A stretch of 25,420 nt of DNA from an uncultured Methanosarcinales archaeon (GTDB lineage Archaea > Nanobdellota > Nanobdellia > Woesearchaeales > CAZKBD01). The stretch is from the NCBI GenBank assembly GCA_964550945.1, contig CAZKBD010000002.1:16727-42146 (forward strand), written 5' to 3'. The number at the start of each line of letters is the position of its first letter. Position 1 is the stretch's first letter. The notes under the pieces are model-generated. The model saw nothing but the letters and a program-made list of their open reading frames with translations. It had not been told where the DNA came from and ran no database searches. Below, piece after piece: positions 1 through 7,742 of this stretch. The position numbers and the translations under genes are program-made.

Positions 1-516
1 GTTGTCTAGGATTGTGAATTCTGGACTTGTTGTTAAAATCCCAAATACATGGTTTAACTCATTCTGAACAAAACCTGCTAATTCCAAAGCTTCTTTAATC
101 TCTTTCTCTACCACCTCAAAAAATTCAGGCCTAGATAAGTCATAACTGCATAACAATATCTCTAATCTATTTATCATCTTCTGATATCCATTAGACATTT
201 CTTTGTTAGTCATATTAGCAGAATTCGAAATAATATCTTTCAGATTACAAATTAATTCATAATAGTTTTTCTTTGTAAATTTAGTATATTCTGCGATTTC
301 GTTTTTATTTCTAAAAATATTCAAAGCTCGCATAGCATTTCTTTTTAGATCTTTACCAAGATAGTACATCTGAACCACATTATCTTTACTTACACACATT
401 AACTTGGTATAATCACTGCCCAACACATTTCTCTTTTTATGTCCATTAAAAAGAGCTTCAATTCTGTAAAACGGGTGAACAGTTTCCCATCTTAAAATCC
501 AATTATTTTGTTTCAT
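1..516 (-). CDS. hypothetical protein, 3' end cut by window edge (first 172 codons present)
   Basis: Absent from the ORF track because it runs off the window. My minus-strand translation from the ATG (complement of 514-516) reads MKQNNWILRWETVHPFYRIEALFNGHKKRNVLGSDYTKLMCVSKDNVVQMYYLGKDLKRN... and stays open to position 1. Its start overlaps the stop of the upstream phosphatase gene by 14 nt, which looks operon-like. No family recognised with confidence. Confidence 0.6.
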   Translation of the reverse strand, partial: MKQNNWILRWETVHPFYRIEALFNGHKKRNVLGSDYTKLMCVSKDNVVQMYYLGKDLKRNAMRALNIFRNKNEIAEYTKFTKKNYYELICNLKDIISNSANMTNKEMSNGYQKMINRLEILLCSYDLSRPEFFEVVEKEIKEALELAGFVQNELNHVFGILTTSPEFTILDN

Positions 517-1081
517 GTTGAATTTCCTCCAGAACTTTATCAAGCGTTCTTTCTGCCAACCTTTTTGATTCACTTGATACCTTAGAAAATGCTTTTAATG
601 TTCTTGGATCAATCCTTCCCCTGTATAATAATCCATTTTTTGGTTTAAAGGCATCATCCACATCCAAAGAATCTTCTGAGATACCCCATCCCAAATATTC
701 TCTCATTGTATAGATATGTTCGCTCGATTCTGGATACGTTTTTCTTAACCCATCCCTAATATGAGTTTCAAAAGTAAGCACCACATAAGCATCAGTTACC
801 AATCTCTCATTGACAGGTTTTATTTCATGATCTTCAATTTCATGGATTCCTTCCCTATTCATTACTTCTCTTATCCAATGATTTGCACCAGTATCATTCT
901 GTCTGAGGAAATCGTTTATTTTTTCTTCGTTAAAACCTGCTGAATCAACTCTTATATAACCAATTCCTCTCTCATCTAGGATATGATTCATATGTGCATG
1001 ATAAGATGCACTTCTGCCTTTATTATTACCACATACTGCTAATATTACATATTTTCCTTGAGTTTGAGTGGATAGTTCCAT
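503..1081 (-). CDS. low-molecular-weight protein-tyrosine-phosphatase / ArsC-type phosphatase family protein
   Basis: The P-loop VILAVCGNNKGRSASYHAH fits the C-X5-R-(S/T) signature near the N-terminus, with a later DSAG motif. The ORF is open to 1117 (MWIYLLGHFHFK-MELS...). I prefer the ATG at 1081 because it puts the P-loop Cys at residue 17, as is typical. A TATA-like element (complement of about 1105-1112) lies about 28 nt upstream of that ATG. Confidence 0.7.
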   Translation of the reverse strand: MELSTQTQGKYVILAVCGNNKGRSASYHAHMNHILDERGIGYIRVDSAGFNEEKINDFLRQNDTGANHWIREVMNREGIHEIEDHEIKPVNERLVTDAYVVLTFETHIRDGLRKTYPESSEHIYTMREYLGWGISEDSLDVDDAFKPKNGLLYRGRIDPRTLKAFSKVSSESKRLAERTLDKVLEEIQHETK

Positions 1082-1122
1082 CTTGAAGTGGAAGTGACCT
1101 AACAAGTATATCCACATTATTC

Positions 1123-1136
1123 CACCCTAAGGGGTG
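1123..1136. promoter_or_regulatory. GC-rich inverted repeat CACCC-N4-GGGTG in the divergent phosphatase/TrmB intergenic region (possible operator)
   Basis: A 5-bp perfect inverted repeat (1123-1127 / 1132-1136) stands out in an otherwise AT-rich spacer. It lies just upstream of the TATA box of the TrmB-family gene. Function not demonstrated. Confidence 0.25.
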
Positions 1137-1150
1137 AACAATAGAAAAAT

Positions 1151-1158
1151 TTATATAA
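1151..1158 (+). promoter_or_regulatory. TATA box (TTATATAA) for the TrmB-family gene, leaderless spacing
   Basis: The palindromic TTATATAA is centred about 26 nt upstream of the ATG at 1180. There is no Shine-Dalgarno between them, as expected for a leaderless archaeal transcript. Confidence 0.55.
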
Positions 1159-1179
1159 TAACCCAGAATCATTAATAAC

Positions 1180-1944
1180 ATGAATACAGAAATACTTGAG
1201 AAAATTGGATTTACAAAAGGAGAAATTAAGGTGTATTTCTCTCTATTGGGGTTAAGTAACTCTACCTCTGGGCCAATTATTTTGAAGTCCAATGTTTCCA
1301 GATCAAAGGTCTATGAAATTCTTGAAAGATTAAAAGAAAAAGGGATAGTCAGCGAATCCATTAAAGAAAACACAAGATATTTTCAAGCAGCTTCTCCTGA
1401 ACGAATTTTGGATTACATTGAAGAAAAAGAGGATTCAATTAAGAATCAAAAAGAAGAATTCAAGAAGAGTTTGCCAGAATTAATTCAAAAGCAAAAATAT
1501 GCCGAAGAAAAGCAAGAGGTAAAAGTTTATGTCGGTTTTGAAGGGATAAAAACATTCTATAATGAAATATTAAAGCAATTAAATGAAGGCGATGAATACT
1601 TGGCTATGACATTTTCAGACATTTCATTGAACAATAAATCAATAGTACTGATGTTTCAAAAATTCCACCAAAAGAGGTCAGAAAAACACGCCAAAGCAAG
1701 GATTTTATGCAACATTAAAGACAGATTGACCCAGCAGAAGATGAACTACTCTGATACTGCTCTCTATGAATTTAGGGTTACCAATCAGATATTGCCTACA
1801 GGAATTGCTATTGTGAAAGATATTGTCGCAACCTTTAACTGGGGCAAGAAACCAAGAGTTTTTGCCATAATCTGTAAGGAAAACGCAGACCAATACAGGA
1901 GATTCTTCTATTCAGTATGGCATAAATCTAACCCTGTTCAATAA
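1180..1944 (+). CDS. TrmB-family transcriptional regulator (short form, 254 aa)
   Basis: The N-terminal winged helix LEKIGFTKGEIKVYFSLLGLSNSTSGPIILKSNVSRSKVYEILERLKEKGIV is followed by a charged coiled-coil linker, the typical TrmB N-terminal architecture. It is too short for a full sugar-binding domain. Confidence 0.8.
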   Translation: MNTEILEKIGFTKGEIKVYFSLLGLSNSTSGPIILKSNVSRSKVYEILERLKEKGIVSESIKENTRYFQAASPERILDYIEEKEDSIKNQKEEFKKSLPELIQKQKYAEEKQEVKVYVGFEGIKTFYNEILKQLNEGDEYLAMTFSDISLNNKSIVLMFQKFHQKRSEKHAKARILCNIKDRLTQQKMNYSDTALYEFRVTNQILPTGIAIVKDIVATFNWGKKPRVFAIICKENADQYRRFFYSVWHKSNPVQ

Positions 1945-3136
1945 CTGCCAAACAATAATTCTTTGTCAGATACTTATTAACAACCCTTATAATGTCTTTT
2001 TTCTGTATTTTTCTTATGTTTCTTATGTATTCGTTGATTAAATTTGCGTCGCCATTCATCTCCCAGAAATTAAGCTCATCAGCCAAATGAAAAGTATCTT
2101 CGTTATGCAATAAATATTCCCCTTCCAAATAAGTCTTAGCCTCTTTTAATTCCTCATCACTCAACTCTTTCAATTTTTCGAATTCTTCAAGAATCAATCT
2201 TACTACCAAGGGAATATTTTTCTTATCAGTATTCAGGTAAACAGCGAAATATCCATAACTTATGTTAGCTTCATGGTTAGCTCCAACCTCGTAAGCCAAT
2301 CCTCTTTTATTCCTTATCTCAATAAACAACTTGCCAGACTGGCCTCTGCCAAGTACAGCTTTTATAATGTCCAAAACATAGCTGTCTTTTTCTTTTCTGT
2401 TTACTGTTTTATAGCCTAAAACCATGTAAGAGCTGAGTATCTTTCTTTTTTCAGTCAGTTTTTGTATGCTTTTTTGCTTAGGCTCGTTTACTATCCGCTT
2501 TTTATCAAAATTTTTTCTATCAAAACCATAGAAATACCTCTTTATCAGAGGCAGGGGATTTTCTATTCCGCCTACGACTGCAATAATAATATTATTTGGC
2601 CTATAATATCTTTCAAAATAAGCCATAATATGCTGCCTTTTTATCTTTTTTATGGCTTGGACTGTGCCATAAACCGGGTTTTTTGTTGGGGATTTCTTGA
2701 AAAGAGCTTTCTGAAACAGAACCCATTGATGGAATCTTGGCTCATCCTTGACCATATTTATCTCTTTTAATATGACCTCTCTTTCGCGCTCTATGGACTT
2801 ATCCTCAAAAAGAGGATTTTGGATAACATCAGATAAAACATCTAAAGCAATCTCAAAATGCTTGTTCAGAACCTTGACAAAGAAGCATGTTTTTTCGTTA
2901 GAGGTATAAGCATTAAGATCTCCTCCTAATTTTTCAATCTCATTTGCAATCTCTTTGTTGGTTTTCCTTTTTTTTGTGCCTTCAAAGACCATGTGCTCAA
3001 TAAAGTGAGATATGCCGCTGACTTTTGAATCTTCATTGTTAGAGCCTGTTTTAACTGTTATCTCAATAGCAACTGATTTAGCAGCTTTCTTCTCAAAAAT
3101 CACTGTCAGGCCATTATTTAAGACAAATTTTTTCAT
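1928..3136 (-). CDS. M16 (pitrilysin/insulinase) family zinc peptidase
   Basis: The inverted zinc motif H-F-I-E-H is encoded at 2993-3007 (GISHFIEHMVFEGTKKR). A length of 402 aa with two homologous halves is typical of M16B. Confidence 0.9.
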   Translation of the reverse strand: MKKFVLNNGLTVIFEKKAAKSVAIEITVKTGSNNEDSKVSGISHFIEHMVFEGTKKRKTNKEIANEIEKLGGDLNAYTSNEKTCFFVKVLNKHFEIALDVLSDVIQNPLFEDKSIEREREVILKEINMVKDEPRFHQWVLFQKALFKKSPTKNPVYGTVQAIKKIKRQHIMAYFERYYRPNNIIIAVVGGIENPLPLIKRYFYGFDRKNFDKKRIVNEPKQKSIQKLTEKRKILSSYMVLGYKTVNRKEKDSYVLDIIKAVLGRGQSGKLFIEIRNKRGLAYEVGANHEANISYGYFAVYLNTDKKNIPLVVRLILEEFEKLKELSDEELKEAKTYLEGEYLLHNEDTFHLADELNFWEMNGDANLINEYIRNIRKIQKKDIIRVVNKYLTKNYCLAVIEQG

Positions 3137-3158
3137 ACAACAAATTTAAATGCCAAAC

Positions 3159-3168
3159 TATTTAAATA
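3159..3168. promoter_or_regulatory. perfectly palindromic TATA box TATTTAAATA shared by the divergent M16 and M24 genes
   Basis: The 10-nt palindrome is centred at 3163.5. That is 27.5 nt from the minus-strand ATG (3136) and 28.5 nt from the plus-strand ATG (3192). There is no SD on either side. Confidence 0.5.
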
Positions 3169-3191
3169 TAATCTTTTTGATATAAGCACTA

Positions 3192-4256
3192 ATGAGGATA
3201 AAAGAATTTCAGGAATGGCTGAAAGGGAAAAATATAGATTTTGCATTGCTTCTGAATAATTATAAGCAGGATCCAAACTTGTTTTATCTTACCCAGCTTG
3301 ATTTGGAATTTGCCTGCCTGATCATACCTAAAAATAAAAAACCTCTCTTGATTGTATCTTCTTTTGAAAAGGAAAGAGTGAAAAAATACGGCAAAATAAA
3401 AAATGTTATCGGCAAAAAGAAAGGACGGCTATTTGAGTACATCAAACACAGATTAAACAGAGCAAAAAAAATTGGAATAAACAAAAACGTATTTTCAGTG
3501 AACGAATATAAAGCGCTTAAAAAATACTTTAAGAAGTGCAGATTTATTGATATATCGCAAGAATTGACTAACCTAAGGCAGATAAAAACTAAGGAAGAGA
3601 TTTTATTGATAAAAAAATCAGCATCAATCGCTTCTAAAATCACTGAGAAATGCATATTGAATATCAAGAAACTTAAAACAGAGATAGCTGTAAAAGATTT
3701 TCTTGAAGTTGAAACAAAAAAGAATGGTTGTGAAATCGCATTTCCGCCTATTGTAGCTTCTGGCAGCAATGCCGCGATGCCCCATCATGCTCCGCAAAAT
3801 ATCCCACTAAAAAAAGGATTTTGCGTTATTGATTTTGGAGTTAAACACAGAGGATATTGCTCTGATCTAACAAGGACAGTTTATATTGGGAAGCCTTCTA
3901 AGAAAGAATTAGAACTTTATAACTTTTTATTGGATATACAACAGAATACCATTAAGGAGATAAAGATAAATAAGAAAACTTCTGATTTATACAATAAAGT
4001 TGTAAAAGACCTTGGAAAATTTAAAAAATACTTTACTCATGGCCTGGGCCACGGCATTGGAATAGAAGTGCATGAAAATCCCAACCTAACACCTGGCTCT
4101 AAAGATAAAATCAAGCAAGGCATGGCATTTACTGTTGAGCCAGGGATTTATATAAAGGACAAAATAGGGATAAGGATTGAAGATGACATACTGGTTGGAA
4201 AAAATAGTGTTGAGGTTTTAACAAAGACAAAAAAGAATTTGATTATCATAAAATAA
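3192..4256 (+). CDS. M24B Xaa-Pro aminopeptidase / prolidase family
   Basis: Pita-bread metal-ligand motifs are present: VIDFGVKHRGYCSDLTRT, HGLGHGIGIEVHENP, EPGIY and IRIEDD. Confidence 0.9.
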   Translation: MRIKEFQEWLKGKNIDFALLLNNYKQDPNLFYLTQLDLEFACLIIPKNKKPLLIVSSFEKERVKKYGKIKNVIGKKKGRLFEYIKHRLNRAKKIGINKNVFSVNEYKALKKYFKKCRFIDISQELTNLRQIKTKEEILLIKKSASIASKITEKCILNIKKLKTEIAVKDFLEVETKKNGCEIAFPPIVASGSNAAMPHHAPQNIPLKKGFCVIDFGVKHRGYCSDLTRTVYIGKPSKKELELYNFLLDIQQNTIKEIKINKKTSDLYNKVVKDLGKFKKYFTHGLGHGIGIEVHENPNLTPGSKDKIKQGMAFTVEPGIYIKDKIGIRIEDDILVGKNSVEVLTKTKKNLIIIK

Positions 4257-4260
4257 AAAA

Positions 4261-7131
4261 ATGAGACTCAATATGGCAAAATTTATAAGGATATCACATC
4301 TGCACTTGATGATTTTAATTGCCATTCTCTTAATCCATCCAGTTTTTGCTGCTAGTAATTGTACAGATTCCGATAATGGACAAAACTTCTTTGAAAAAGG
4401 AACAATGACTGATTCTGATTCAGGATATACTTATTCAGATTATTGTAGTTCTGATAAACTAGTAGAATTCTACTGTGATCCTGGATATCATTTCATCTAT
4501 AAGAATTGCTCTGAGTATAGCATGGTTTGTGAAGATGGAGCTTGTATAAATATGACCGCGCCACCTCCAACGACAGATAATTGCGCAGATTCTGATGGAG
4601 GGCAAAATTTTGATAACAAAGGAGTAGTTGTAGATAGAACAAATCGTACTGAGATAGATTATTGTACTAGTTCTTCTCAACTAGTTGAATGGTATTGCAG
4701 TTCCAATAACCTAGTTGAGTATGTGTACCAAACGTGTAGTTGTGAAAATGGAATGTGTGTAGAACTACAAGAATGTATAGACTCTGATGACGGGGTTGAT
4801 TATTATACGAAAGGAACTACAACTGGCCTTGCTTATATGAGAATAATAGACCCCACAGGAGACTATCCTCCAAATACAGGAGTATCCTTAACTGATTATT
4901 GTACAAGTTCTACATTTCTAAGGGATTACTTTTGTAATGAGGCAAAAAAAGTAACTTTCTACGCATATGAATGTCCCAACGGTTGTCAAGAGGGGGTTTG
5001 TATTACACCATCAAACAAATGTTCAGACGGAACATCTTATGGAGAATGTTCATCAACAAAACCAAAATATTGTGATAATGGAAATCTAATTAATAATTGT
5101 CAAGTATGTGGTTGTCTTTCTGGTCAAACATGTGAAACGAACGGCAGTTGCACTTCTCCACCATCAGAAGTTGTATGCACAGATTCTTCAATATTAGGAG
5201 ATGCAAATAATGATGGCAAAGTAACTTATGACGATTACATAACTGTTTTTAACATATACGCTGGTTCAATCCAACCGCCATCCAATCTTTGCTGTGTTGA
5301 CCTGGATAAGGATGGAGAGATTACAAGGGAAGATTCCCAGCTCACATATGATATCTATGTTGGAAAAATTAATCTGGGAAGATGCAATATAGCTGGTTGT
5401 GTTGTTGGAGATCCATGCACTACTTCAGAAAACTGCCTAGGAAAATATGATGTTGGCTGTAATTGCATAGATATTCCAAATGATAATTGTCCAGCTATTG
5501 TTAATGATACCACCCACCCAATAATTTCTGATGTGTCAATTACGCCTGAAGTTGGACCACCCGGAACTATTTTCACAATAAACTCAAGAGTTGAAGATGA
5601 ATCTGCATTGCAATATGTCGTAACTCCTATTTATATTCTTAACGATTATCAAAATTCAATTCAGTTGAATATGTATGACGATGGGCAACATAACGATGAA
5701 CAAGCTGATGATGGTATTTATGGTGCAGTATGGGACTCAACAGGATATCAAACAGGAGTGTATGGTTATGCTGTTTCAACAAGAGATTTTTATAATAATG
5801 ATGCATCCACTACTCTACACTATTTCTTGATTGCAGAAACAACGGATTTGTGCAAAGAAGTAATTCCAGGACACAATAACCTAAATGAACCGAGAGCAAA
5901 TATAGTTTTTGTTGGAATCAACTATCCAGACAAAGAATTTTTTAAAACAATAGTGGAAGAGAGTGTTGATTACGAAGGAAATAAACAAGGCCTATTGTTC
6001 TTAGAGCCTTTAAAATCAAATAAAGATAAATTTAATTTCTGGTATGTTGATGAAACTAAAGATTTGGGGCATAATCATTGGGATGATATCAGTGCATCAA
6101 ATAGTGAGAGGATACGATTGTCTTTTATGTGCCCCCTAAGCAACAAATATGTAATAGCGTATTATAACACCTTCTTTAGGCCACAGGCATTTTATAAAGC
6201 CCATGCAGAAATTTCATTTTTAGATGTTGACTGCTCTTTTAGGCAATACTGTGATAATGGTGATTTAGATCAAGATGGATGTGTATCTGGCCAGGATTAT
6301 CTGAATTATATGGATATGACTTTGGCACAAAACTTTGAAGATAAATCAGTTCCTGATATAAATGAAGATGGAAATATTAATGGAGATGATTTAGAAGTTT
6401 CATATTTATGCCAGGTATACAGAGTTGGTTGTTCAAATGAATATCCAGATTGCTTAAGAAGAGATATTTTTGATGATTATAAAACATATACTCCTCATGA
6501 AGTCGGACACTTATTTGGGGGTTTATTAGATGAATATGTTGAGGAAGGAGTAGCTCCTTATTCGATTTCTTATAACGGAAATTGTTTCCAAGGGACAAAG
6601 CAAGAATGTCTTTCAAATTTAAATGATAAATGGTATGATTTACTGGGTTATGGTTGTGGAGATAATAACAAAATAGATTGTGCTCAAGAGCCGAACTGCC
6701 AATATGATGCAAATGAAGATGGAAAGGTCACAATAGAAGACAGAGATGTTGTTTATAATATGTATACAGGTCAAATACCAATGAAAAATTGTACATCAGG
6801 GGGTCAAGAATATATTATCGGAGATGTTGATAATGATGACATATTAGAGTACGAAGATTATATAAAAGTGAGTAATGTAGGTAGTCTTGGTGTAGTGTGT
6901 GATGACCCGAATGATCCAGGATGTTATTTAGAAGTTGGTTGTTTTGAAGGGTGTAATTATCAAGCAACAGGGTGGTTTAGGAATACCGTATCCAACCTAA
7001 TGAGAAATAATTTTGTAGGTCCAGAATATTTTTCATATGGTCCTGTAAATGAGAGGATCATATGCGAAGAGATAAAATCTATTACTGGCTCAGCAACAGG
7101 CATATGTTCAACAAAATATAATACAGGGTGA
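4261..7131 (+). CDS. secreted multidomain protein: signal peptide, 3 Cys-rich repeats, Cys knot-like module, 3 dockerin-like modules, Ig-like domain, M64 (IgA-peptidase-like) zinc metallopeptidase core
   Basis: N-terminal signal/anchor KFIRISHLHLMILIAILLIHPVFA|AS. HEVGHLFGGLLDEY at 6496-6537 matches the M64 signature HExGHxFxxLxDEY. The upstream IVFVGINYPDKEFF...LEPLKSNKDKFNFWYVDE resembles the M64 core. An alternative ATG lies at 4273. Confidence 0.75.
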   Translation: MRLNMAKFIRISHLHLMILIAILLIHPVFAASNCTDSDNGQNFFEKGTMTDSDSGYTYSDYCSSDKLVEFYCDPGYHFIYKNCSEYSMVCEDGACINMTAPPPTTDNCADSDGGQNFDNKGVVVDRTNRTEIDYCTSSSQLVEWYCSSNNLVEYVYQTCSCENGMCVELQECIDSDDGVDYYTKGTTTGLAYMRIIDPTGDYPPNTGVSLTDYCTSSTFLRDYFCNEAKKVTFYAYECPNGCQEGVCITPSNKCSDGTSYGECSSTKPKYCDNGNLINNCQVCGCLSGQTCETNGSCTSPPSEVVCTDSSILGDANNDGKVTYDDYITVFNIYAGSIQPPSNLCCVDLDKDGEITREDSQLTYDIYVGKINLGRCNIAGCVVGDPCTTSENCLGKYDVGCNCIDIPNDNCPAIVNDTTHPIISDVSITPEVGPPGTIFTINSRVEDESALQYVVTPIYILNDYQNSIQLNMYDDGQHNDEQADDGIYGAVWDSTGYQTGVYGYAVSTRDFYNNDASTTLHYFLIAETTDLCKEVIPGHNNLNEPRANIVFVGINYPDKEFFKTIVEESVDYEGNKQGLLFLEPLKSNKDKFNFWYVDETKDLGHNHWDDISASNSERIRLSFMCPLSNKYVIAYYNTFFRPQAFYKAHAEISFLDVDCSFRQYCDNGDLDQDGCVSGQDYLNYMDMTLAQNFEDKSVPDINEDGNINGDDLEVSYLCQVYRVGCSNEYPDCLRRDIFDDYKTYTPHEVGHLFGGLLDEYVEEGVAPYSISYNGNCFQGTKQECLSNLNDKWYDLLGYGCGDNNKIDCAQEPNCQYDANEDGKVTIEDRDVVYNMYTGQIPMKNCTSGGQEYIIGDVDNDDILEYEDYIKVSNVGSLGVVCDDPNDPGCYLEVGCFEGCNYQATGWFRNTVSNLMRNNFVGPEYFSYGPVNERIICEEIKSITGSATGICSTKYNTG
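4360..5001 (+). repeat. three tandem divergent Cys-rich protein modules (C-x-DSD-x-G ... DYC-[ST]S ... [FW]YC ... G-x-C)
   Basis: Module 1 is 4360-4545 (CTDSDNGQNFFEKGT...DYCSSDKLVEFYC...CEDGAC). Module 2 is 4582-4758 (CADSDGGQNFDNKGV...DYCTSSSQLVEWYC...CENGMC). Module 3 is 4774-5001 (CIDSDDGVDYYTKGT...DYCTSSTFLRDYFC...CQEGVC). The similarity is at protein level only. Confidence 0.7.
5197..5370 (+). other. dockerin-like module 1 (two Ca-binding loop/helix repeats)
   Basis: GDANNDGKVTYDDYITVFNIYAGS ... VDLDKDGEITREDSQLTYDIYVGK, a paired repeat of about 22 residues with a DxNxDGxxxxxD loop. Confidence 0.65.
6253..6410 (+). other. dockerin-like module 2, inserted inside the M64 core upstream of HExxH
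   Basis: DNGDLDQDGCVSGQDYLNYMDM ... DINEDGNINGDDLEVSYLCQVY. Confidence 0.55.
6703..6870 (+). other. dockerin-like module 3
   Basis: YDANEDGKVTIEDRDVVYNMYTGQ ... GDVDNDDILEYEDYIKVSNV. Confidence 0.65.
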
Positions 7132-7135
7132 GAGC

Positions 7136-7684
7136 ATGAAAAAAATATTAATTATCTTTTTATTGGTTAGTTTAGTTTTACCCCTAGTTTATTCTGCGCA
7201 ACAAAAAGTCTATATCTTAAACCTAAAATATGATGAGGGGAAGGTTACAAAAGAAAGCCTGATTGTTACACGAGGCATGTTTAGTGAAGAAAGCCAACCA
7301 GAAACAGGATACAGACTAGAATTAATCTCTTTTGCAGGTGAAATCATTTATACGCGGAAATTTAGTTTTCCAGAACTTCAGAAAGGACCCTTGCCCAAAG
7401 AGTCAGATATTTTAGAAAGAGAAAAATACTTGCCAAATATAAAAGAAAAAGAACATTCTATCTTAAGAACATCCTCAGTTGAATTAATGATACCTTATTA
7501 TGAAGATGCAAAGACAATTAGAATTTATGATGTAAATGATATAAATGTATTAGAGATTGATGTTAGCTCTTTTTCAGAAAGGGCTGCTATTGATGAGACA
7601 TCAGCAGAAAAAGTAAATCCAACCAAAAGTTTGTTTCAAAGAATAGCAGATTTCTTAAAAAGGGTATTTGGATTAGGTGTGTGA
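7136..7684 (+). CDS. small secreted beta-rich protein, unknown function, translationally coupled to the M64-like gene
   Basis: Signal peptide MKKILIIFLLVSLVLPLVYS|AQ. GGTGA (7127-7131), overlapping the upstream stop codon, sits 4 nt before the ATG. There is a C-terminal amphipathic helix SLFQRIADFLKRVFGLGV. Confidence 0.6.
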   Translation: MKKILIIFLLVSLVLPLVYSAQQKVYILNLKYDEGKVTKESLIVTRGMFSEESQPETGYRLELISFAGEIIYTRKFSFPELQKGPLPKESDILEREKYLPNIKEKEHSILRTSSVELMIPYYEDAKTIRIYDVNDINVLEIDVSSFSERAAIDETSAEKVNPTKSLFQRIADFLKRVFGLGV

Positions 7685-7711
7685 CTAATAGAGACCACTC
7701 AAAAACCAAAG

Positions 7712-7720
7712 AAATAAATA
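7712..7720 (+). promoter_or_regulatory. TATA-like box AAATAAATA upstream of the long M29 paralogue
   Basis: Centred about 27 nt upstream of the ATG at 7743, the same spacing as the other first genes in this window. Confidence 0.4.
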
Positions 7721-7742
7721 CAAGTAGTTAGAAAAAATCCAT

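Noticed and set aside
1082-1117. 12-codon N-terminal extension of the phosphatase ORF (MWIYLLGHFHFK)
   Set aside because: It is hydrophobic and aromatic, atypical for the family, and would push the P-loop away from the N-terminus. The downstream ATG at 1081 has a TATA-like element at leaderless distance. The longer start cannot be excluded.
1026-1292. 88-aa minus-strand ORF crossing the divergent promoter and the TrmB gene start
   Set aside because: It overlaps the phosphatase N-terminus, the TATA box and the TrmB wHTH coding region, so it is implausible as a gene.
3284-3769. 161-aa minus-strand ORF inside the M24 peptidase gene
   Set aside because: Antisense shadow. The M24 frame carries all the family motifs.
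5197-6870. Considered whether the D-x-[ND]-x-D-G repeats are generic EF-hand, thrombospondin-type-3 or FG-GAP Ca sites rather than dockerins
   Set aside because: Not fully rejected. They occur strictly as pairs of loop-helix units of about 22 residues, separated by short linkers, three times. That matches the dockerin organisation, so the dockerin-like call is kept at moderate confidence.
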